Origin: Octopus sinensis
Lineage: Eukaryota
DNA: 64,000 nucleotides
NCBI RefSeq assembly: GCF_006345805.1
Contig: NC_042997.1
Coordinates: 94,674,001 to 94,738,000 of the forward strand
Reading direction: 5' to 3'
Shown here piece by piece: positions 26,007-39,730 of this stretch. Under the pieces are notes generated by a model. The model did not search any database and had not been told where the DNA came from. It saw nothing but the letters and a program-made list of their open reading frames with translations. Each line of letters opens with the position of its first letter. The first letter of the stretch is position 1. Position numbers and translations under genes: made by a program.

Positions 26007-26412
26007 GGCGGCGAGCTGGCAGAAACGTTAGCACGCCGGGCGAAATGCTTAGCAGTATTTCTTCTGCCGCTACGTTCTGAGTTCAAATTCCGCCGGGTCG
26101 ACTTTGCCTTTCATCCCTTCGGGGTCGATAAATTAAGTACCAGATACGCACTGGGGTCGATATAATCGACTTAATCCGTCTGTCTGTCATTGTTTGTCCT
26201 CTTTGTATTTAGCCCCTTGTGGGTAGTAAAGAAATAGGTATTTCTTGTGTCTCCACGTTCTGAGTTCAAACGCCGCCGGGGTCGACTTTGCTTTTCGTCC
26301 TTTCAGGATCGATAAATTAAGTACCAGCTATGCACTGAGTTCTATGTAATCGACTGGTACCCACCACTCCTGCAAAATTTCTGGCCTTGTGCCTATAGTC
26401 GAAAGGATAATT
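26007..26412 (+). mobile_element. Dimeric tRNA-derived SINE (full monomer A plus headless monomer B)
   Basis: Starts ggcggcgagctggcagaaacgttagcacgccggg. The core occurs twice. Junction gtaaagaaatag|gtatttc at about 26238. Ends ccttgtgcctatagtcgaaaggataatt. Confidence 0.9.
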
Positions 26413-26641
26413 ATATTAAGGCCTTCTTGGAGATGAACAAAAACGTACCGCAACCAACCCACATTTGCGCGAGTATAAATGTATCATTAACCTACTATTT
26501 TCTAATTCTCCTCTTTATTCTTCTACTATATTTCTTAAGAAAATATGGATTTTACTATTAAGCAAGAAATCAATAATAATATACATAGCTACATCAGAGC
26601 AAAATATAGTTACCTACTTATTATCTCCTTCAAACAATTAC

Positions 26642-26749
26642 AAGTTTTTGAATTGTAGCTGACTTAAATATGTCTCCACGGCCGGCTATTGATGAAAGAA
26701 TTAACCACACATGCTCTTGGTGACCATCTGTAAATGTGTAGCCTATTTT
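26642..26749 (-). CDS. Candidate exon (KIGYTFTDGHQEHVWLILSSIAGRGDIFKSATIQKL); frame and donor uncertain
   Basis: Strong acceptor tgttactgtttctgcag, 36 open codons, donor gtaatt. Phase links to neighbouring exons are not resolved. Confidence 0.4.
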
Positions 26750-26898
26750 CTGCAGAAACAGTAACATTATCATATTTAATTGCCACATAAAAAAAATATG
26801 AAGACAAGTATATGTTCAATAGAATCAACATTACCTAGCTCGTCATAAATTTTCCGAAATTAAGAAGACGAACAGTAACATCAATAGAACTGTGTGAA

Positions 26899-27080
<182 letters not shown>

Positions 27081-27313
27081 GCCTGACTGTCTGTCTGTTT
27101 GTGAGTCTGTCTGCCAATCTGTCATCATGTCTGTCTGTCAGTCTGTCTGCTTCTCTACTTTTGTATCTAATTTTCGAGTGGCTGTCTCTAACTATTTATC
27201 TAATTATATACGTACACTCACACGTACACACACACACGCGTGCATATTAGAACACAATTATAGTATTTGCAGTACTGTTGTTGCCTAGCAGGAGATAGTA
27301 CATATACGTATAT

Positions 27314-27379
<66 letters not shown>

Positions 27380-27478
27380 TTATTTATTATATAAAAAATT
27401 GTTAAAGAGGACAAGAAACGTTAAGGCATGGCAAACATCTCAAGTCACAATACATTATTATTATTGGAAAAAATTCAA

Positions 27479-27536
27479 TGTCTTGCTGCTGTTTCTGGGG
27501 GGTCCCAGAGTATGTGTTATTCTGTCATCGGAGACA
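27479..27536 (-). ncRNA. Degenerate type I hammerhead-like motif with CCGATGA core
   Basis: tgtct CCGATGA [decayed stem II] GAAA cagcag CA agaca. Stem I is a perfect 5 bp, but U16.1 is mutated. Confidence 0.5.
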
Positions 27537-27574
27537 AGTACGCAAAATGAGAGGGGTATAGATTAATGAAATGG

Positions 27575-28845
27575 CGACATAGAGGACAGAAGTAAAGGAA
27601 TGAGATGACGAAAGAGAGAAAAAAAGAAGCATAAAAGTTTACAGTTCAACTTTCTGATGTTGTAGAAATAAGTCCATAAGCCCTTATGTGCAATCCTGCA
27701 TAAATCCATATTGGTTAAAGTTCTGATATTGTAAACATCCAGAAAAAAGACGCGAACATATCAACGTTTCATAACTGAATGTCAGCGGAGGTGGCTATTA
27801 AGTGGTACAAAGAAAGAAAAGTAAATAAATAGAAAGATAGGTGAATTAAGTGAGAGGGGAGTTTAGGATTGGCTTCAAGGATAGAGTAAGGTATTTATAC
27901 ATATATTGTCTAATAATATAGTGTAAAAAGATAGCCAAGGGGATAAGAGAGAGAAGGGGGGGGGTAGAGGAAGATAACGTATAAAATAAACAAATCAGAG
28001 CAAAATGAAAGGAATTCAAAAAGTGTAGTAGGTGCCAACGGTATCCTTCTAGTCTATAGTGGTTGTGGAGGAAATCTCGTACAAAATGCTTGGGTCCGTT
28101 CTGGCTAAGGTCAGTTAGGGCGGCGAGCTGGCAGAAACGTTAGCACGCCGGCCGAAATGCGTAGCCGTATTTCGTCTGTCGCTACGTTCCGAGTTCAAAT
28201 TCCGCCGAGCTCGACTTTGCCTTTCATCCTTTCAGGGTCGATTAAAGAAGTACCGGTTACGTACCGGGGTCGATGTAATCGACTTAATCCGTTTGTCTGT
28301 CCTTGTTTGTGCTCTTTGTGTTTAGCCCCTTGTGGGTAGTAAAGAAATATAAGGTCAGTGGCTGTAGAGTTATTTTTAGCAATGTGGTTATAGGTTTGTA
28401 GGTAGTCGTAAAGGGAATAACTAATTGAATGTTAAATTACTTCGGAATAGTTAGAATTAAATATTAGGGCATATATTGGGTTAAGGTTTAAAAATAAGTT
28501 TTGAAAAAAATATTTATCTCATAAATTGATGATGTAAGGTTGAATAGCACCCACATACAATCCTCCATGATCATTAACACATACCCCCTATATCTCTTCT
28601 ATAAACCTCTTCTTTCTTTTTACCACTTAATAGCCACCTCCGCTGCCATCCTGTTATTAAACGTTGATATGTTCGCGTCTTTTTTTCTGGGTGTTTACAA
28701 TATCAGGACTTTAACCCACATGGATTTATGCAGGATTGCACATTTCAACAACATCGGAAAGTTGAATTGTGGACTTTTATGCTTCTTTTTTCTTCGCTTT
28801 CTTCATCTCCTTATTTCTCTACACCTGTCCTCTATGTTGTCATAT
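27575..28845. repeat. Diverged inverted repeat of about 250 bp (27575-27840 / 28605-28845) in a (TA)n-flanked PLE-like remnant
   Basis: For example, tgtgcaatcctgcataaatcca...gacgcgaacatatcaacgttt...cagcggaggtggctattaagtggta has its reverse complement at 28620-28745. Confidence 0.85.
28116..28349 (+). mobile_element. Young tRNA-derived SINE monomer A with a 10-bp target-site duplication
   Basis: TSD taaggtcagt at 28106-28115 and 28350-28359. Head has intact A/B-box-like sequences. Confidence 0.93.
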
Positions 28846-29369
28846 GTACATCACTTAAAAAGTTTTAAATATTTCTTAAGTTTCATGTTCAAAAACAAAT
28901 ATTATATATATACACGCAGCAATAGTTCATATATTACACACACAGACACGCGCACATGCACGCACACACACATATCAAATAACGAAGGAGGCTAAACGCT
29001 ACATACAAAGAAAAATTAAATTGCCACTAACTGTGACTTAGGGTGCCGGGTAGCGCCTATATTGCGAGAAATAAGTGTTAAAAACACTTAGAGCCGCAAG
29101 AAAACATTTTCATATACTGACAGAGGAGATAACCCACCCACAACGAGCGAGGTCATTATAATAGTCTTGTTTCATTTGAAGATTACAAGCTCATCGGTAG
29201 TGACTACTCCATAGCTGGATGGTTTGACTAAATATGAATTTATGTCTGATTCAGCAAAATGTTAATGAAAGAATTATAAAATAACGAAGGAAGCAATATT
29301 AGAACAAAAATACGCAATATTAGAACAAAAACGAAAAATTCAGTTGTCACTAACTGTGACTGAAGGTGT

Positions 29370-29423
<54 letters not shown>

Positions 29424-29576
29424 CACACATGAATATATCTACACATATGTATACATATATGTGTGTACGTGAATAGATTTCATGAAGCATTGTCGCATAT
29501 GTATAAACGATTACAATTATATTATTTAAACTCAAAACTATGCAATTTATAAAATAAAACAGGTTGATAGAATTAC

Positions 29577-29725
29577 TTGGTATTTCAACATTTAGGTGTG
29601 AGACCTCTTTTTTGGAATATCGTTGGTGAAGAGTTATTCCATGATTTATGTGTCCTAAATCAGGGAATAACTTTTCTCCAACGATTTCTTTAGGGAGAGG
29701 TCCTAAACCCAAACTGTTGAGATAC
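29577..29725 (-). CDS. Candidate exon (YLNSLGLGPLPKEIVGEKLFPDLGHINHGITLHQRYSKKEVSHLNVEIP)
   Basis: Acceptor aatattaacag, open protein-like frame in unique sequence, phase 2 in. Donor CAA|gtaatt; an alternative GAG|gtctca at 29604 is possible. Confidence 0.6.
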
Positions 29726-29840
29726 CTGTTAATATTATCAGCATATTTTATTTCATATATGTTATTTCTTTGACTTTAAAAATAAAATTAAAAACGTGTG
29801 TATATACATACATATATGTTTATGTGAGAGCATGTGTGTA

Positions 29841-29872
<32 letters not shown>

Positions 29873-30500
29873 TTTGTTTCCATGTTCAGTTATAATAAAA
29901 ACAATTTTACATTAACCTCATGAATTATTATATATTTTTGTAGAATAGAAGTAATCAAAATCAAAGTACAAGATGAACAATTTTCTATACTAACAACACC
30001 ATGACATGCTCGTGTAATAAGCCCCACCTCCCAAATAAAAACAGAAAAGGCAATGAATAACAATAACAACTAGTAAAAATGACCTGTCAGCTAAATTACA
30101 CAATTTACTTATATACATTTGTGAACTGAAAAATTCCATCGCAAAGTTGTTGACACACCCAGTTACTAAATTTTTAAATACTGGACTAAACATTGGACCT
30201 TTGGCATTTACATTGTCATAGCAAATCCTAATTCCAATGAAACCAAAAATAATGAAAACTGCTGACATAATTACTGGCCAAAGACCTCAACTAAATATCG
30301 ACACCTGGTTACAAATTTTTACAACCACGAATAAATTCTAAACAATTACATGACACAAAATTAATTAAATTTTTCCCCAAAATCTCTCCATAACAACTCA
30401 CTCGCAAATCTAATTAATAGTCCACTGAAACCTGCATATCCAAGAAAGATGTGAACTCAGCCGAGACTATACAAAAATCAAGATTAATTTCGATGCATCC

Positions 30501-30545
30501 CACACCGACGATGGCTTCATTGGCTGAAACTTTGAAGGCAATATC
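30501..30545 (+). ncRNA. Decayed hammerhead-like motif with CCGACGA core, just upstream of (TA)n
   Basis: CCGACGA tGGC-ttcattg-GCT GAAA CTT-tg-AAG gc. Stem I and the cleavage site are not intact. Confidence 0.4.
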
Positions 30546-30585
30546 TACAATATACTTTACTTGTTTATATATATATTATATATAT

Positions 30586-30627
<42 letters not shown>

Positions 30628-32384
30628 ACTAATAAACATAGTATGACTTATTAATTTAATCAACAGGCTCCAATTTCTCAATTTGTGTTTTATTTTATTT
30701 TTCCGAAATATACAAGTAGATAGAATATATATTTTTTCTTCGCACAAGTCTAACATAAGATAATCTAAATGGTCGAAATTGGTATTATTTCTCGAAAGCA
30801 CACTATTGATCCTTGTTAGAATAAAGGCGTGAAGTCACATAGAAAATATGTGTGTATATAATGATTATTTCAAGAGATACCTAAATCCAAATTTAGCTCG
30901 GGATGAACAGTAGTAAATTATTCTAAGAAGTATGTACATTGTTTTGTTTCCAACCCACTATATATATGATTCGGGGAATTTAAAAGAAAACAATTCAGTC
31001 TATTTTTTTCCGATTGTGTAGACGTTCCTTTTTGGTTTTATTGATCTCTGCTAATGGAAGGTTCTCATAGAGTTATTTTCAGTCGTGACTGCCGAACGGA
31101 AAATCGTAAGAAGAAAAGCAAAAAATTCTGAAACCACTTTTCAGATTAACATATGTGATAAAGTGCTAAGTTTAAACCAAAGATTTGCTCAAAACATTTT
31201 CTTATTAAAATGATGCTTTGGTAAGTTTCGCTCTTAAAGTGACTACAAATCCATTATCACATCAAGCTTCTGCAATATATTGTATTTTTGAGATAAAATA
31301 GGCAACATTTTGGTTGGATAAAATTTCAAATTAGAATACGAACACGAAAATAGATTTGATAGAAGACTATACTGTGAATAAGAGTTATTTTCTTTATATC
31401 GACACCTTACACTATTCAGTAAAGTATATTACGGATATTTGATATTTTAAAACAGTTTGATTTTATGTTAACTATTCACAGAGATGTTCAAATAATGAAA
31501 TACAAAATCCCCAATATCGCACAATGTAAACAAGATAATAACGTAATAAAGTTAATTTATGTTTTAAGATGATAATTATGATTACATGCCATAGTTGTAC
31601 CAAGTATTAACTTCAAATATTGCTTAATATTGGAACAGAAAATACTGCCGACAACTTGTTTTAGACAAACAATTATAATAGATCTGGAAACACTCAAGTC
31701 AATATTATTAGCATAATATTGTGAAATGATTTCAACGCTATAAACTCAGATGTACTTTCATGGTATTTGTTAAATACTATTTAACGTTATATTAAAATGA
31801 TATAATTTCACGTTGGAAACATCTTCACTTCCATAACAATATAACAAAAATACAATTTTTATGATCCTCAGATATAAATGCCTGCTATTTCTGAGAGATT
31901 AGAAGCCATAACAATAACTAGTCAGTAACTAAACGATAGTTTATCATATTTCTGTCTATGGAATATATGATATTACTTTCAACACATTTATTTTACAATA
32001 TTCACAAATCCTTGATTTCCTACTGATATAGATTGGCTGCATAGACTGACATATTAGTGAAATTATAGATTAAAGTGGAGATATATAATGCATTACCAAT
32101 TATCAATCGTTTATAGTCTTCCGCATTTCAAAAACGCAAGTGTACTGCAGTAAGGTTACAGTGTGCGACATACATATAGCTCACATGCGTCCGTGTGCGC
32201 ACGTAGACTTATAAATACATATGTAAACTTATACATGTAAGTGTAGCTGTCACTCTATATTGTTATTGTGTATATATATATACATATACATATATATATA
32301 TGTATGTATATATATATATATATATATGTACATATATATACATGCATATATATATACATATATACATATATATATATATACATA

Positions 32385-32503
<119 letters not shown>

Positions 32504-32775
32504 TATAATTATTATTAAGATTATAATTTTGGGTATATAAGAAATACCACCACGCTGGAAACAGCAGCGAAAACTTGACTCTAGAACCACATTAAAAGTT
32601 CATACACCACCAGGAGAGAAGACAAAAGGTCAAAATAAACTAGCAAAAAAATTATTGGATAATTTCCAGATCCCGCATTTCTGGCTCTGCATAAGAAATG
32701 CTTCAGTTTACTTTGTCTTTTTGTCTTTGCTGTTGCTGTATGAACTTTTAACGTGTATTTGATCTAATTCGTTCA

Positions 32776-34315
32776 TTGTGCTTCCTTTGGGCACCACAGA
32801 TTAGAATCTCCGTTTCCGGTTCTCAATCACTTTTAGTCATCCATAGTCATCTTTTTTCTCAGTCTATCTTATCTTCAGCATCCCTATGCAATTGCCCATG
32901 CATTCTTTTCTTTATCCACCTATTTTCAGTTTCATTCATTCTAAAGTGCTTGTACAATGCCTTTTCTTTGCCTTCTTCCATCCTACACAACCCTGACATT
33001 CCTACCCCCAATAATATCGGTTCTGTGACATTTGTTACATGCCATGCTATGTTGCTTTCGTCTGCTGTGATGCTGTGTTTGCATCCAATCAGCCCTCTTA
33101 CCCCTTTTTTCTTGATACATACAGTCTGTCTGTGTCACATTTTGGGTGGAGTATCCCATATCTAGTCAGCAACTTCCTTGTCTTTCTGTCTCAGCTGTTT
33201 AGATCGTCTATTGTCCATGCGATTATCCCTGCTCCATATCTAAGGAGTGAAAACGCCCAGGTGTTGATAGCATCATTCTTATTCTGTCCGTGTAATTACG
33301 ACTTATGAATCAGTCTCAATCTGCGCAAATACTCCACCTTAAATTTTTCTGTCATTCCTTTCCCCATCAATGTATGCATTTCCAATATCCCAAGTTCTTA
33401 TAGCCTGACTCCATACATTTGATTTTAGGAACTGAAACAACGCTTCGTTGCAAATAAAGTAAAGGTGGTAAGATTCGACCAAAGACTGAAGGGTTTTCAG
33501 CAGAATAGGTTATTCAGAGTAGATCAGAAGAAATTCTACAAAAGAAATAGGTCGAGAGTGTATAGATGATATGTTGATACCAGCTAACATTAAAAGTCAA
33601 AGGTTATGGGGGGATATCTGGACAAAGATAAGGAGAACAATAAGGAAGCTGAATGGTTGCAAGAACTGAAACAAACAGTATTCTGTCCAAAAGAAGTAGA
33701 AGTAGTCATTTCAGTTTGGGAAGTGATGGAACTCAGTAAAAAAAATGGGGTACTGGAAGGTCCCCGAACCAGATGGAGTTCAAGGCTGCTGGATCGAAAG
33801 ACATAGTGAGAGTCATTCACGAATTGCTGCACAACTCAACACCTTAGTCTGATTGAATAACATCGAAAAAGCAATACAGTAGACAATTACATAAAGATAT
33901 TCTGCTTGCCACTGATGTGGAAATTATTGACTGGAATAGTTACAGAGTCAATATACGGACATCTGGAAAAAATGGAGTCCTGCCGCATGAGCAGAATGGT
34001 TGCAAGTGTACGTGCACACGTACCAAGGATCAACTCCTGGTAGACAAAACTATACATACAGACTGGAAGAGGATTAAAACTAACTTAGCCATGTCATGGA
34101 TCGATTATCGTAATGCGTAAGATATGATACCACATTCTTGGATTATCGAATGTATGAACCTATTTGGTATTGCATCGAATGTTGAGCTATTGCTTGGAAA
34201 AAGTATGGCGAATTGAAGGACAGAACCGACATCATATAGAAGACGTTAAGGGACAATAGAAATCAGGAGAAGCATCTTCCAAGAAGACTGCCAGTCCCCA
34301 CTGATCTTTGTATTC
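32776..34315. mobile_element. R4/Dong-like non-LTR retrotransposon remnant with an internal inversion
   Basis: Plus strand 33430-34315: [24 protein letters not shown]...[40 protein letters not shown]. Minus strand 33410-32780: YKNLGILE, AINTWAFSLLRYGAGII, LHPKCDTDRLYVSRKKGVRGL, MHGQ, ETEILICGAQ. Confidence 0.88.
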
Positions 34316-34753
34316 AAACAATGATACTATCTGTAATTCTTACATCGTCAGATCTTACTCTAAACTAATAATATATTTGAGATAAACCTAAATATGTGAT
34401 TCACCCATCAACAGAGGACCGATATTATCAGTTATTCTAACATTAATAAGCACACACATTGTATGAGGACCATCAATACATAATATCTTAAGAGGTACTT
34501 TTAACGGTTATGTTAACCATTTAGTAATTGATATTTACGAATTTCGAGGATGAATGCTCCACATTTGTTTGTCTGATTTGTGCTATTTTATCTGACATAT
34601 CATGTAAATATGTTTATTCCTTGTAAAATATTTTTATAGCTGCATAATTTCCATTGTTTGTATATGCAAACATTCTGAATCTCGGTACTTGCTATACTAA
34701 ACCGTAATTACATATCTATCTATCTAAATTTGTGCATACTCACACACACACAC

Positions 34754-34817
<64 letters not shown>

Positions 34818-36257
34818 TAATTTGTTAATGTCTACAATAATAGAATGAATTAATGAATGAGTGAATGAATAAACAGATAATCCTATATCCATCTTAAGAA
34901 AATTTCTGGCAGTGTCTTTAATCATTTGGAGACTATAAATAATACCAAATTATAATCAAGTTGTTTTGAAGTAAATCATTCCATTTTATGCATTATAACA
35001 CTGAGGGCGGTCAATTTTAATTACGTTTGAAGACCAAGAATGTCACTTCGCATTTTTTAATTTCTCTTCTTCTCTACTTTTATAATAATATTTCGTTAGA
35101 AAAAAATTTTAATGTTATTTTCTTGAGGCAAAAGGTAATTAAATATTTTTTGATAAGCCTTACAGCTTGTTACAAGTTATATTTTATTCATTGTTTTTCA
35201 GTGGAATCCAAATATGTTGTGCTCATTTATTTGTATCAATAATTCTTAAAATATTATTTAAACTCTTTAATTAATTTTAGTTTCCAGAAGTGTATATATT
35301 CATATAAATTTGTGAAATTTTGGTATTGAAAAATAGCTTATGAATTACAGCTGATTTACAGTAATTACACTTTGACAAATACGTGTGATTTAGCTGTCCA
35401 AATTAGCACGGATGAAACAGAAAAGGCTTTCATTAAGATTCCTATCAAAGGTACAAGTTGGCATATCAAGGGGAAGCAGAACAACCGATTACACCCATGA
35501 GTGGTTTTAAGTGATAAGGATTTCATTGATCCTAGAAACATGAAAGACACATTCTACCTTTCGGGATTTAAAGTTAGAAAGTAAACGGAAATAGCTAGCC
35601 ATCGCACCTCAGTGTGCCTGTTATTCTACGGATTATGCTAGTCTACGATAATCTTAAATTTGCTGCGGACACAAATGAAGTTTCAGAGTTCAATCGAATA
35701 GCGCATTGTTAATTGCATTCATGCCAAGAGTTTTGGCCAACACTTATTCGTAAACTTTGAACCAGTTAATGTTTACCTCTCCTTAGGTACCTTTTATTCA
35801 TTCGTCTACAAATTAAGTGGTTGCATCTACATAAAGGATCGACCGGCAATATATAGCAGCTAAATATCTTGCAAATTACAATCTAACGTTTTAAAATCCC
35901 AAAGGTTTATATAATAATTTGGGTCTAGAGAACGAAAAACAGGGATGCTTAATTTTGATCGTAGATTTGCTCAGAACATGTTACATTAAGAACAACTTTT
36001 AACATTCTTGGATTCCGCTGATGCATGTAACACAATCAGTAGTTAAATATTTCCTTTTATATATTATTCACAAATAAGGCTATTCTTATTATTTATATAG
36101 TGGACGATAATTCTAAAGCATTATGTATCCTAAGAGTTAGTATTCCTCTTGCACTGCAGGAATTTCTCATCATTAGATTTTCACTGGATATAACTTATTT
36201 CGGCGAATTTCTGCAATATTCTAAACTACCATTGTTCCTAAGAAGAAAAATGCTTGC

Positions 36258-36331
36258 CGCCAGGCAATGTCTGGATTATTTTCAACGATATAGAAATCGC
36301 ACATTTCTGTCTTCCGTTGCTCATACAGTAA
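36258..36331 (-). CDS. Candidate exon (LLYEQRKTEMCDFYIVENNPDIAW(R))
   Basis: Acceptor tttactgcag, phase 0 in. A phase-2 GC donor (CG|gcaagc) joins in frame to 29725; an alternative GT donor lies at 36229. Confidence 0.45.
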
Positions 36332-36437
36332 CTGCAGTAAACCTGGTTCATATGTCATCACTCAATCCCAGCAAGAACATGTTTTGTAATATTTAATTTT
36401 TTTTCCTTCATTCTCATTTCTATGCTATCGATTTTAC

Positions 36438-36515
36438 TCTTCTGTTCATGTTATCATTGATGAAGTGTTCTCTGATTTCCTCTGCAGCATGCAAATCGCA
36501 TTTGTGATTTACTAC
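36438..36515 (-). CDS. Candidate 78-nt exon (VVNHKCDLHAAEEIREHFINDNMNRR)
   Basis: Phase 0-0, open frame, donor gtaaaa, weak acceptor (gatcatag). Confidence 0.4.
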
Positions 36516-37229
36516 CTATGATCCATACCAATATTTTAGACGTTAGACTAAAATATTGGTATTTTAATGTGGTCATTCCCTCTTGCTTTTACGAATCACT
36601 ATCAACTCCATGATTAGAACATATTTCTACTCAGACAAAGGTGTTTCCTTTAATCATATCTAGTTCTTGTTTTTTTTTGTTCTTTTTATGGAACTTTGAT
36701 AATGGCAACTGTGTGCAGCGTGGAGTGAATTCATTCAAATCGTATTCATGATGTAGCTCAAACAATGTTCATACTGTCAATCTAAATCTACTATTCCTCT
36801 GAGCAACCAAATAAGTTTGAAATGACGTATTATTGTGTCACGCAAGAACCATGTAAATTTTGACAAAGTTTAATCTTATTTTTGTTTATTAGGAGTAACA
36901 AATGAAACTGTGCACATGTAGTATTGGCAATATAGCTGCATTAATATTTATTTTCGTTCTGCCATTAGTTGTAGTATATTGATATACACTACCGATTTTG
37001 CCAAACAATTACATCTTGTGACTATATTTTCCGATATCAGAAGTTGCATGACTGTATGTGATTAGATCTTTTCCCCAGTTATTTTCAGTTGATTAACAAA
37101 CCTTAACACAACTCCAATGTAATGTTATTGCTCACCGAAAAATTGTAATACATATATAGATACATATAGATATTTTGTATCCAAAATACGAAACTCAGAG
37201 GGAATAAATCGCACTAAAAGCTTGGCACA

Positions 37230-38940
37230 GAGTACTGACAATTTTATGACATCCTACTTTATTAGACTACATTCAAGCAATTCAAGAAAAAGAGATCTTA
37301 CACAGTATCTACAGCATAGAATATAATATACATTGACAGACAACAAATATGTTATGCATCATTAAGACTAAAGGCAACTGTGAGAGAATGCCTCCTAGAT
37401 ATTATATTCCCATCAGGTATGATGCAGTGGTTAGAACAGTTTGGATCTGTATATGACTGGAATACTGGTGGAACTTAAATATTTAAATATTTGCCAAATT
37501 AAAGCAAAACTAGCCAGATATTGTTTCGATGATGATATCAACAGCAGCAATGACAATATCCGCAACATCCCACACACAGACAACAATACCAGCCACAATA
37601 TCATCCATACTGCCACCAGCATCAGCACTACCCACAACAATAACAACAGCAACCACAACAATAACAATAACAACAATGAACACAACACAAGCACCACCAC
37701 CACCTTATAAATTTTAACAGGAAACTATACATGCAGGTCCAATTAGCCATTGGTGTCGGTGTGGCTGGAAATGTAACCGGGATCTTCATGACCTTTTGAG
37801 ACAGAAAACTTGAAAAATCCTAACTGAACAATCTGCAACTATTTTGCTTTACTGTAGGTATATAGATGACATTAATACTCTAGCTAGGCAAACACTAGTA
37901 AGTGTAGAAACCGAGAGTGGCATAATGGCGAGTATCCAGCACGTAGCTACTCCATCCAAGAAAGTCAAAATATTAAGGTAACTATAGATTACCCATCTAG
38001 GCACCCTAACAATAGACTCACTATCATTGATACTGAACTTTGGTTAGAGACTGTGTTAGGCAGATTTCAGCTCCACTCCTTCTACGTGAAACTCATGGCT
38101 TCTAAATATGTTGTTCATAAGAACTCAGTTTTATCACACAATATGAAAACCAACATACTGATAGTAGACTTAGGATAATGAACAACGTGTCCCATTATGC
38201 GAACACTATGAGACAAAGGAACTTGTACAGAACTTATATACCGCATGCAATACTTTGGATATGACCAGAAAGATAGGGTTCGGGTATACACGGGAACTAT
38301 AAAGAATTTAGGTAATATTATACGCAATGAAACCAGTGGTACCTACCCTAGCTACAGACGTAAAGACTGGGATAGGATACAGAAATTTTGTGATAAAGCA
38401 AACAGGGTGAACACGTGGTACAAGTCCGACAAACATCAAGGAGTGAGGTTTGTAGAGGCCACAGCCCATGGAAAAATAGTTCATAGATTTAGGCAAGCTT
38501 TGAAGATCGCTGAAAAGCTAGGGGGCTTCATAAGATCACAATGATGTAGTACGTACCCTCTTGAGAATACCACATGCACCAATGATAACTGCATGTTATG
38601 AAAGATTAATCCAAGCATTACCTGTAGATCTAAAAATGTAGTCTACAGCATAAAGTGCATAGACGGTACCTGTAAAGACAAAACTATGACAAGCAATGGT
38701 TAAACATCTAAATGCATTGCGGAGAGACTAAATGTGCGTTCGACATAATATGACGACAAAGAAACAGTCATCCATATTCTACCAACATGCCAAAGACCGA
38801 CATGGAGGGTCACTGGGATGACTTGATGTCCGCATTTCATCCAAGCACCGGGAGGACCCAACACTCAGACAAATACAGCAGTACGTCTTTATAAATGAAA
38901 GATCCCCAGTACTAAATAGGAGATATACGTAGAAGGTAAT
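37230..38940 (+). mobile_element. Degenerate Penelope-like element (RT plus C-terminal GIY-YIG endonuclease)
   Basis: YKFNRKLYMQVQLAIGVGVAG, LLYCRYIDDINT, VTIDYPSRHPNNRLTIIDTELW, HSFYVKLMAS, RMQYFGY and CTNDNCML...TCRSKNVVYSIKC. An (AAC/AAT)n-rich expansion lies at 37530-37700. Confidence 0.85.
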
Positions 38941-39058
38941 GATACCCCAATACCCAGACCTTATACATACAGTTACATATACCCACAGTTTATACTTACA
39001 AAGTTCGATTAGTTAGTAGGCTGTTATGTACACGTATACATACGTACATACATACATA

Positions 39059-39127
<69 letters not shown>

Positions 39128-39300
39128 TATATATATCAGTAGGTAAATGGATATGTAAGTGAACAGATAAATAAGGAGATGGATAAGTACATAGGTAATA
39201 TAGATAGACACGCACACAAGCACACATACATACACCATAAAGACTGAAACATGACCATATACACACACGTACACTTCACACACGCATATATATATATATA

Positions 39301-39730
39301 CATATAAAAATACAGTGTGCATTGAAACATATAAGAGATGACCATAATAGGACATATGACTCACTAGAAAGAGCGGTTAAACTCTAAACCACTAATAGTT
39401 GTAGTTCTGAAAGGAAAAGAGAAATAAAAACGTTTACCCTATCTTTCCTGGACTATGCATAGTTTCGGTACGGCTCGTGCCTATATATTAAACTTGGCTT
39501 CCTGCTGAAGATGGCAACGCCAATTGTAAAATAAAATCATTTTAGTTTATATACAAGGATTGCCGAAACTATGCATAGCCCAGGAATGATAGGATAAACG
39601 TTTTTATTTCTCTTTCCCTTTCAGTATTACAACTATTAGTGGTTTAGAGTTTAACTGATCTTTCTAGTGAGTCAGATGTCCTATTGTGGTCATCTCTTAT
39701 GTGTGTAAATGCACACTGTATTTTTCTATG
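39301..39730. repeat. Fold-back pseudo-LTR: arms of about 165 bp at 39301-39468 and 39563-39730
   Basis: Reverse-complement identity read directly, with scattered mismatches. Confidence 0.92.
39499..39586 (+). ncRNA. Type I hammerhead ribozyme motif with canonical CTGAAGA core
   Basis: ttcctg CTGAAGA t-GGCAA...TTGCC GAAA CTATGCATAG cC caggaa. Stem I is a perfect 6 bp and stem III is palindromic. The inverted arm keeps the canonical TC cleavage dinucleotide. Confidence 0.8.

Noticed and set aside
26007-26095. tRNA-like sequences (also at 28118 and 51589)
   Set aside because: These are SINE heads followed by SINE bodies, with no complete cloverleaf, so they are not tRNA genes.
37431-37717. 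Asn/His/Thr-rich and Leu-rich ORFs
   Set aside because: They come from a low-complexity (AAC/AAT)n expansion inside a dead PLE.
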